The notes beneath the pieces were generated by a model that ran no database searches, was not told the origin of the DNA, and worked only from the letters and a program-made list of their open reading frames with translations. A program made the translations under genes and the position numbers. Shown here piece by piece: positions 1 through 10,700 of a stretch of 64,000 bases of DNA; the stretch's first letter is position 1; every line of letters begins with the position of its first letter. The stretch lies in NCBI GenBank assembly GCA_951406725.2, contig OX597815.1, positions 35,836,001-35,900,000 of the forward strand, read 5' to 3'. The DNA comes from Octopus vulgaris (Eukaryota).

Positions 1-160
1 CAAACAATTGTATTAGTATGGCGCTCAGGAAATATAAATAAAACAAGTCTTTAACGTTTCGAGCCTACGCTCTTCAACAGAAAGATACACAGAGAAAAAA
101 AACACAGAAAGAAGGAGAGAAAAAAATGCGTGCAGTAACTAACGAATCAACATGGCGATC
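1..160 (-). mobile_element. Penelope-like pseudo-LTR fragment with hammerhead-like core
   Basis: Minus strand TCTTT-CTGTTGA-A-GAGC-gtag-GCTC-GAAAC-GTT-AAAGA at ~48-85; shares gcgctcaggaaa with 7710-7913. Confidence 0.55.
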
Positions 161-1373
161 CATGTATGTATATATGTATGCATATATTGATGTATATATA
201 ATGCGTATATGGTTGTGTGTATGTATATTTTATGGCAGTGAATTGGCTGAATGAACATAATCATCATCATTTAATGTCCATGTTACATGCTGGCAGAGAC
301 TGGATAGTTTGACAGGATCTGATTGGTCCAAGGACTGCTCTGAGCTCTACTGTCTGCTCTGGTGTGGTTTCTATGGCTGGATGCCCTTCTTAATACCAAC
401 CACTTGACAGTTTGTACTGAGATCTTTTCTCACGCCACCAGGACTAGTGAGGTTACCATGTAGCATGCAAAACTATGAACCCCAAATGGTGGGGTTCAAC
501 TTTATGCTAAGGGTTGAAGGGTTAAAGTATGAGAGGAGGTGGTGGTGGACAGAGCAGTTCCTTGTTGTGGAGTAGCTACATGGCTACTCATATTTAGAAG
601 AGAAGGTGAGAATGATCAGTAAGCATTCTGCAAAGAGATAAACATTGGTGATGAGGTATCCATGTAGAACATCACGGTATGAGGTAAGTTAAAGTGAGTG
701 AGGACAGATGAACTAGGAGTGTGAGTGTGAATTTGCCAGAGTGCATGATAGATCAAGGGCTGGAGGAATGAGATAGGAGGGGAGATGGACAACAACTGTA
801 AAGATTGTATATAGTTGAAGGATAGATGTAGGGCACGATAGACAAGTGGTGGTGCATGACAAATGATGTATGAGTTGGGGAAGATAGAGGAATGCAGAAG
901 AGAATGGAGGGTGGGGAAAGAATTGCAGAGCAGTAATGATGATACAGTTGACAGGGAGAGAACAAGGGGCAGGAGTAATGAATGAGGAGAGATAATTGGG
1001 TCCAGTGGCGATGGGAATGAATCAGTGTAATGTGTGAATAGAGAGAATATTAATGGATGAAGAATGGCTAACAGGTGAAATGGTTCGGCTGGCAAACATG
1101 ATTGTTTACAGTATGGAGTTACTGTTCTTTACGTTCTAAATTCAAATGCTACAAGGGTCAGCTTTGCCTTTTGTCCTTCCTGAATAAGTACTAATCAAAT
1201 ATCTGGGTCAGTATCCTTGTTATATCCTGCTCTGTAATTTGAGACCAGAGAAATCATTACCACTATCATCAAGAATAATATAGCTTCTTTTCCATGCAAC
1301 TTTCTTATTAATGTAACCTTATTAAACTAATTCTTTTTTTTTTCAAGACTTACAATATGTTTCTGTTTCACAG

Positions 1374-1510
1374 ATCTGAGTAAATGTGAACAGAGAATCA
1401 CACAAGATTTAATGGCCAGTGCATTATGTAAGTCAGAATCAGAATTAAAGCATCACTGTGAAGAGTGGGATAATTCAATTGTCAAGTTGAACCCTCATAT
1501 GCAAGAAATG
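1374..1510 (+). CDS. BIN3: BIN3 copy A exon 5
   Basis: tttcacag|ATCTGAGT...GAAATG|gtaagt, 137 nt. Confidence 0.9.
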
Positions 1511-4500
1511 GTAAGTAATCTCTTATTATAAAAGGCAGATTTTATCTGCCACCCTTTGTATCTTATAGAAATCTACAATATAGGATTTCTTCAATTACAA
1601 TTTACCTAGCATTTTTAAGAGTAGAATGCATCGGGTCGTGCCAGGTCCAGTTTTTAAAATTTCAACCCCAATTAAGCAAAATTTAGAGAAAACTCACATT
1701 GTGGTGTCTAAATCAAATGCTTCTCTTAGTGTGGCCTACACCACACGCACACGCACGCACACAGTGTGCAACGAATAAAGTGAAAGTAATTCACTTTTTG
1801 TAGTGAGTGACTCTTTCATTCTGCCACTTCCTCTTTACACACATAGACACGCAAATATATAAATAAAATTGTAAGCTAACGTGTGTGTGTGCGTGTGTGT
1901 GTAAGTGTGTGTGTGAGGGTGCGTGTGTGTGTGTGTGTGTGTGTGTGCGTGTGCGTGAGTGTGTGACAGGAAAGTTTTTTAGGACGAATATAAGACCTAT
2001 ATCCAAGTAGCAGAAAGATCGCCCAAAAGTGTATATAGATATTTAAATGTATTTATATATTCATCTATACACAGATGTATGTATAATGTGTGTGTATATA
2101 TTTCCATAGAGGTAACCTTTCACTCCATACAAAGTTTTTTAGGACGAATATAAGATCTAAAGTATATACAAGTAGCAGAAAGATCGCCCAAAAGTGTATA
2201 TAGATATTTAAATGTATTTATATATTCATCTATACACAGATGTATGTATAATGTGTGTGTATATATTTCCATACACGTAACCATTCACTCCGCACAAAGT
2301 TTTTTAGGACGAAAATAAGATCTAAAGTTATCTCTAAGTAGCACAAAGATCGCCCAAAAGTGTATATAGATATATAAATGTATTTATATATTCATCTATG
2401 CACACATGTATGTATAACGTGTGTGTATATATTTCCATAGAGGTAACCATTCACTCCATACAAAGTTTTTTAGGACGAAAATAAGATCTAAAGTTATCTC
2501 TAATAAACAGAAAGATCGCCCAAAAGTGTATATAGATATTTAAATGTATTTATATATTCATCTATACACACATGTATGTATAATGTGCGTGTATATATTT
2601 CCATAGAGGTAACCATTCAATCCATACAAAGTTTTTTAGGACGAAAATATTTATATATAAAAGAAAGGTTGTGTGTCTGTCTACTCCGATTTAGATTCCT
2701 AACTACTCCCACATTTTGCGATGCAGTTTAACCAAAACCGGGTATCTTATAGTCGTGATTCATATCGAGCCCTTCTGGGTATTAGCGCGCGTCTACGATG
2801 AGTCTATGATTTTACAAATAATTTACCATCATTTTTTTCCATTTTAATGCATATTTTTTTAAATAAACGGAAGTAACTCTCAAACTTCACACCAATATGC
2901 ATGCTCATATGCGACGTAATATCACATCAGCAGCATTTCCTCACACCCTCATTGCACTTGGCGAAGGAAAAATACCAGGGGATGAAAATGGTAATATTGC
3001 CATCGATTCCATTTGTACCATTGTTAAGATGCCTTCTGATCTCAGAGATGCAGTGTTCCCAGATCTACAAGCTAATTATCAGAATATAGATTGGATTGGC
3101 AAAAAGGCTATACTGGCCCCGAGGAATAAAACTGTTCACCATATTAATGATGAAATGCTAAAACTCATTCCTGGGGAAGTCTATGTATATCAGTCTATCG
3201 ATACAACTCCTGACCCAGAGGACGTCATCAACTATCCAATAGAGGTACTCAATTCCTTTGAGCACCCCGGACTACCACCACACTTTCTCAAACTTAAAGT
3301 TGGTGCCCCTATAATGCTCATCAGAAATTTGGTTCCCCCAAAACAATGCAATGGCACACGTTTGATCGTTAAGTTCTTATCTCCCACCGTAAACTTATAT
3401 CAATATTTGCCTGAATAATCATCATAATTCAGTGCAATCATTAACAGTACTTTCAAGCAATTCAGCCCCAAGCAACGCTGGGCAATTTTGCTAGTTAATT
3501 AATATTTGAATAATTATGATGAATAAAAATGAAACTTGTTTGAGATTAAAGAACATGAGAAAATGATTTTAACTAGAACAATTAATACAAATTCTGTTGT
3601 GTCTGGGGAAAGTCATTCTCTTTTAGTGCCTTATAATTTAACACACTCACGGGTAAAATTTCCGCTTATGTCTTTTTTATTTTTCTAAAGGATCTTGCAA
3701 ACCAAATCCCAAAACAAAACTAATACAAGCCTTCTCTGTTTGGATATCAGTGAGGATAATTTTTTTTTTAGTATATTAAGGTGCTGAGGATTTTCTCAAA
3801 CAGACTCCTGTATTTAGAGGTACATATTTGATATGTCAAGGAAATGAAGCCATTATGCTGAGTTCTTTATCAATGACCAATTCAAATTATTATTCATCTC
3901 TATAGACAATGCCCCATTCTTCTAAACTACATCCAAGATTAGATTTTTCCTTCAGCATTAAAAATTACTTCAACCTTGAACAACCTTTCAAATCGTAAAT
4001 ATCTTTTACTCTAGATGACATTAAAAAATATCTAAGATTCTTCAGTCACAAAAACTAAAACCATTGTCTTTATTTAGATTTGCTTTAGGGTTGATGAATT
4101 AAGTATCCGTAGAACTCTGGGGTCAAGGTAATCAACTAACCCCTTCCCTAAAAAAAGTTCAGGCCTTGTACTTTTAGTAAAAAAAATTATTTCTACTTTT
4201 ACTAGCAGTCATCTCACTTCCTAAATTTGGGTGTACCAAAGCTGACTATAAGAAATGTCACTCCTGTTTAACTTAAATAATTCCTTGAAGAAAACATAAA
4301 AATAAGTTACGCTTCATGATTGTATGGTTGATATTCAAAGTAGTTATATCCAGATATAAAATGACTAACCTTAGTATTTCATAAAATATCTGTATTTTCA
4401 AAACCTTGTTACTCATACAGCCACAGGAAATGTAATTCAGAACTGTAAAGTCCTACTACAATTGTTTTTATGATCTCTGTAAAGAAATTGTTGGGAATTT

Positions 4501-7500
4501 TTTCTTTTCATTTTTTAATCATAAGTTTGTTGTTACTTAGTACAATTTAAAGTATTGTTAAGAGTTTTACATGGGGATAGGGTTTTTGTCTGTCCCATTT
4601 CTCTGGTTGAATTTTAACAATTAAGTACAGCACAGTTACACAATACTCTCTGTACTCCTGCTACTTACAGTGGTAAACTGTAACTCTGTTGTGACCATAG
4701 ATGAGGAAGTGAACCAGTGGTTAATAGTGCTTATGTCCCCTCTTGTCCTTTCTATTCCACATGTATATGAGAGAGAGACAGAGAGGGGGGGGGGCAAGCT
4801 CCTTTCAGTTTCTGTCTAGTAGATCCATTCACAAAGCTTTGGTGACCCAAGTTTATCGAAGACACTTACTCAAGATGCCCTCTAGTGAGACTGAACTGAA
4901 AACCATGCGATTAGGAAGCAACTAATTTGCTATGCAGTGTAATCGAACTCAGAACCATGTAGTTACAAATTGTTCTTCTTAACCACAAATCCTTGCTTGT
5001 AGTCAGCAGTTAGTTTACTGTCAAGAAGTGAGGTTGGCACTTTGGGACAGAACCTTTTATTAGAGAGTGAAACGTTAGTAGATTATATATGACAGAAAGA
5101 GCAAAAGAGAGAAAGCATTGATTGCTTCTGTTCAGAGAGTGAATTTGTATCTTTATGCAACCACATTTGTTAAATCATGCCATTCAATAAATAATGCATT
5201 TGAAAAAATATGGACTTGAATATTTCAACTTGTATCATTTTTTTTTTCTTTTGTAAAATACTTTCTTTTTTTTTTTACATTCTGATAGAATTCCAACATC
5301 CAAAAGATGCTGGTGGAACCCATTGAAAAGTAAATGCATTTTCTTCAACTTGTCTATTATTGTAAATCTGATGTTCCTGGCATTTGTTAATATTTGTTTC
5401 TGTTGATGTTGTATTTTAATATTGGCACAAGGCTACATACATAAAAGGTGTGTGTGTGTGTATTAATGTGTACTGTGCATTTCAGGTCACAAGGCCAGCT
5501 TTGGTAGATGAGTACAGTTTTTCATGCTGGTGTTTTTTTTAGTCAAAAAATTATACAGTAGCTTCTCTGCAAGTATATACAGACGCTTTCCTTATCACTA
5601 CTTTATTGATATCTTGTAAAGTTGATGTATTTTGGGGATGCTTTTCGTGCTAAGAATATAAACTTCTTTTGCTTAGATAGAGAATTTTGTAGTTGATCGT
5701 ATCAACTATAATAAAATCTTACTGATATTTGTGTTAAGAACTCTGGAGATATCAAACTTAATACATGTTAGTAATGCCAAATTCACCTGATTTTACTGAA
5801 GGTGGTTGAATGAAAACTATTTCCTCTTGTAAGATGCATTGCTGTTTCTTATACAGTAATAAGTCTCAACTTGTGGGTTACAATATAACCCTGAATATGT
5901 TGCAAAGTTTTTTGAAATATTTCATAAATATTTTAAATCATTTGATTTTGCTTTTGAAATATTTTATAAAACATTAAATGTTCGGTAATTTATTATTAAC
6001 AAACCAACACAACATTGACTGCAAATGGAATCAAAAATATTTCCTCAACAAAGATATTAAATAAGTTTATTCAATTTTTGGAAAAATTATATATATATTT
6101 TTTTCATTTAAATATTTTAAAATGATTACAGAATTATTTACTGAAATGAGTCACAATAATGAAAGATTGACAACCCCTGTTTTATACTATGAAGATCACT
6201 ACTTAGAAGTTAAGATTCTGAACAACATAAGTTCAACCACTGAGCTTGTTGTACTTTTCCAACTAACAAAAACAAGTTCCACATGCACTAAATGATTCAG
6301 TGGTTAAATGATAGAAAAATCATCTGTTTTGAAAAGTAATCATTTAAACAGTGTGCTTTATTTTGTTTTTGTTTTTCTTGAACATTTTTCATTTATTTTT
6401 TTCTATAAAATTTCAGAAGTGAGAGGTCAAGTTTTTACTTATATTCAACATTAAAATGAATTCATTTTATTGAAAAATACGTCACATTAAAATTTTGTTG
6501 CTTCCGTAATATTAATAATACTGTTTCTTGTCACTACAGGTTTAGTAATATATTCCCCTGTATTCATGAGACTAAGAAAAAGTGGGAACAATCTTCCGGG
6601 GTTTGTACTGTTATTTACCTATCTTTTTATGCTTTATTCCAGGGGTCAGGGAACTTTTTTAACCAATTACCCCAAAATATATTTACGCCGACATTACCCA
6701 CTTAATTTGGAAGGAAGAAAATCATAGTCTTTGAATTCAAAAGGTTTTTTGAATCTATTTATTTGGAGAATTCAATTATAAATATGAAAAGTATAAAACA
6801 AATGCAATAGAATTAATTAATATCCTCATTGTGAAACAAGGATTTTTCTGGAGACTGTTTCACTTCATGTTTTGGAGAAATGATATTATATTTTTGTTAC
6901 AACTACATCAAAATTGGGTTATTTTGATGCCAGAGTAGTTTGGTTATAGTCTTTGGGGTCCAGTTAATTATTCTGCTTTGTTTTTATGTTCTTTAGAGTG
7001 TAAAATCCTTGTTTGCAACAAGATTGTTGCAAAAGCAGCAACTTTTTGACTGCCTCCTCGTGCCAGGAGAAAAATATCCTTCATAACAAGGCGCATGTTT
7101 TTTCATATCATTTTACTTATGTCTAATGAGTCCTCATTACCACCAAGAATTTCATTTTTACCCCACAGAGTAATTTACCCTGGTTACCGACTCCTGCTTT
7201 ATTCTATTTAGAATCTCCCTGATTCTAAATACTTATCTGGAGAAAAATATATATCATAAAGGAACTTTTTAAAACACAAAAATGTCTCACATTTAGAAGC
7301 CTAAACCCCAATTGGTTACATCACATCAATGTCTTACTGATTAAAACATCAATAGCTTCTGGAATTTGGTTAAATTAGGAAAAAGAGGAATCTGATGTTT
7401 CAACACTGTCTCGTTGTCTGAGAAAGAAAATGAAAAATTTTTTCAAATGACAGTTTCTAGATTTCAGATTCTTCTTCTTCCTTCCTCATAAACTTAGCAA

Positions 7501-7662
7501 AACTCACAAAGTTCACTGTATATTTTTTACCAACTCATAGATGTGGACATGGCAGTGTGATAAAATGTTTGCTTCCCAAACACATGGTTTCAGGCTCAAT
7601 CCCTTTGCATGACACCTTGGGCAAATGTGAATAGATTTGATAGAAAGAAATTGAAAGAAGCC

Positions 7663-7711
<49 letters not shown>

Positions 7712-10700
7712 TTAATCCAAACGGGAAAACAGAAAAAAACAACAACACGTGGAACAATTACAGTATTATTATTATTAGGCGCTCAGGAAAATGGAAGAAG
7801 GAGGGTATGACGTTTCGAGCGGAGCTCTTCGTCGGAAACATAGGAGAAAGAAAGATCCCGAGACGGGAGGACAGAGGAAAAAAAATTGCAGGTAGTCTTC
7901 ACGAGGTCACATGCATATATATATATATATATATGCATGTGTTTATGTTACTGTCTCCTTGCCTTGACTTTGTATGATTATTGGGCTTATTTTAGTTTCC
8001 ATCAACCAAATTCACTCACAAGGCTTTGGTCAGCTCAGTACTATAATAGAAAACACTCACCCATGGTGCCACACAGTTGGACTGAACCCAAAACCATGTG
8101 ATTGGGAAGCAAACTTCTCAACCACAACCATACTTGTGCCTATTCAAGATTAGGATTATATTTTCACTAATTTTGTCCAGAGGGCTGTGGCTACACTAGG
8201 CCATTGGTTGAAGTAATCTCCAATCATCTGTGAACTTTGTTCTTTATATCTAAACCCCATTATCAATGATTTTCACTGATTAATGATTCTGTTTGCTTCA
8301 GGAATTCAAAAGATGTGAAGTTAAGGTCAAAAAGTACCAAGAACGTGAACGTACTGGAAACAATATTGTTAAGCTAAATCAGGTATTGTTCACTTGTTAT
8401 CTTTGCAATGTTTTTATTATAATCTCCACCAAATCTTTACGTAATTGACAAAAATGTTAATCTTGAAGAAAATACTTTGCAGCTTGTTTCAATGCTTTAT
8501 GTTGTGAGTTCATGTCACACCAATGTTCATTTTGCTTTCCATCTTTCCAGAGTTGATAAAATAAAGTTCTTGTCTAGAGTGATAGACTAACTGAATTGTT
8601 AGTGTTGAGCAAAATACCTTGTGGTATTTGTTCTGGACCATCATGTTCCAAGTGCCCAGGCAGGTGTGGTCAACTTCTTTGTAGCTTGTATTTTATAAAA
8701 AATATCTGAAGAAAGGTAACAGCAAACTGTCTTCCTATTCTCTCATGATAATTCCATATGAAACACATAACTTATCAAGGAAAACACCATGTGTCATTCA
8801 TTAACCTGATAGCAGAAGGAAGGATCTAGTCAATATATCTGAAATACAGCAAGTATCTCAACTCAGCAGTGGTTTCAAATATTCTCAGCCCTAACTGCAT
8901 TTTCTCCCATATGTTCAATACTGTTAAAAACATACGAACAAATGGTATAAACTTGTGTTTATCACAGTTTATCCTATATTTGTTCCCTGTATATCATAAG
9001 TAGTAATACTTATTTCTTTACAACCCACAAGGGGCTAAACACAGAAGGGACAAACAAGGACAGACAAATGGATTAAGTCGATTATACCGACCCCAGTGCG
9101 TACCTGGTACTTATTTAATCGACCCCAAAAGGATGAAAGGCAAAGTCAACCTCGGCGGAATTTGAACTCAGAACGTAGCGGCAGACGAAATACCGCTAAG
9201 CATTTCGCCCGGCATGCTAATAATAATACTATTAAATATAGCAATGACTAAAAAACTATACTGGAAGAAGACTGGATGATGATAATCTACGTGGAGCTCT
9301 AAACTCAACAGTAGCAATCATACATCCATTTGCGTGTGCTCACATGCACACACACACACACACACACTGAGCTTCTTTCAGTTTCTGTCAACTAAATTCA
9401 CTCACAAGGTTCTGGTTGGCCTGAGGTTGTAGCAGAAGACTCCTGTACCACACAATGATACTGAACCTGAGACCACACATTTAGGGAACAAGCTTCTTAA
9501 TCACACTGCCATGCCTACAAAAAATAAGACTTTCGGTTGAAGAGCCCATTTGTCATAGAATTAATAAACTGCATATGAATCTAACATAGCTTCCTTCTGT
9601 TTCTCTTACTGTTACCTTTGTTTCCCTGTTGAACTAACAGATTCCACTCTGATCTATGGTTGAAAGGATATCTGTTTACTTTAGTCTCCCTATTGAACTA
9701 ACAGATTCCACTCTGATCTATGGTTGAAAGAATATCTCTTTACTTTAGTCTCCCTATTGAACTAACAGATTCCACTCTACTTCATTGGTGGGTGAATAGC
9801 TGTGAGAATTTATCTATATATGCAATAGTGTACAAAGTCTACACTTTCAAAACTATTATTCTCATGTCAGCATAAGAAAATGGATAAAAGATAGAAGATA
9901 TTGTTTAGAAAGCCATTGGACTCTGAACCTCAGGAGAGGTAAAAGATTTCAAATCTACATTTGGGTTGTTTGTTTAGTCCCTGACAGCTGTGATCAAGCA
10001 AACATATGATTCAAAGGCTTTCTGTCTTATTTTCATGTATGGTTTATCCACCACTACATTATCGAGTATGTCTTTTCTTCTTGCAAGACAGAAGCTGATT
10101 TCAAGGACCTTTTAAGTGCTATATCTAGCCAGATCACCTGGCAACTAGTCTTAAGCTAGTGTTCATCAGTGATGTTAACAAACATCAATTGTACCTTAAT
10201 CAAAGATACTATAATGAAATAGAAGGTTTAGATACCTGTGGAATATCTCATTCTCCCATTATAATTGTTTCGTAGTTCAAGGAGCTGGAATGGGTCGCCG
10301 ATTTGTGACGTCCATATGAAGTGAGGTGATGAGAATGGCTCCTCAGTACATCACACAGTTGGTACAATAAATATAAATAGAACAATGCATATATGTGCCA
10401 GAGGTAAATAAGAGACACAACCGGGTAGTATGTTTAAGGGAAGATTTATTGGTATGTTAACATGTGTAATCATATATGCGTCATATATACAGAATAATAG
10501 ACAGGCCATCATAAGAATAAGATGTATGCGTGTGTATGTAGGCTTAGATGTATGCACGTTAAGAACATACAAGGATGGCAATGAAGAAGAGACAGTGAAA
10601 GAGTCTATAGCCATTGAAGTGAGGACTAAGTTCATAGACACAAGGATGATAAACACCAGTTTGTGTAGTCAATTGTACATGATAGTTGAAATACTGTATC

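Larger units (their letters stand above)
1519..3494 (+). mobile_element. Non-autonomous Helitron with PIF1-helicase remnant
   Basis: 5' TC, 3' CTAG preceded by hairpin GCCC..AGC-aac-GCT-GGGC; inserted between A and T with no TSD (empty site gtaagtaa|ttaatt at 32166-32179); ORF 2897..3418 has KAILAPRN, LPPHFLKLKVGAPIMLIRNL, CNGTRL. Confidence 0.92.

Noticed and set aside
616-1095. 159-aa minus-strand ORF, repeated at 31279-31758
   Set aside because: Low-complexity L/S/H/P translation of a purine-rich intronic repeat, non-ATG start, no domain; present twice only because of the duplication.
1971-2648. Regular repeats as a CRISPR-like array
   Set aside because: Whole units are repeated with no unique spacers; eukaryotic Helitron-internal satellite.
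2897-3418. Host PIF1 helicase gene
   Set aside because: Truncated, intronless and enclosed by Helitron termini; absent from the paralogous intron.
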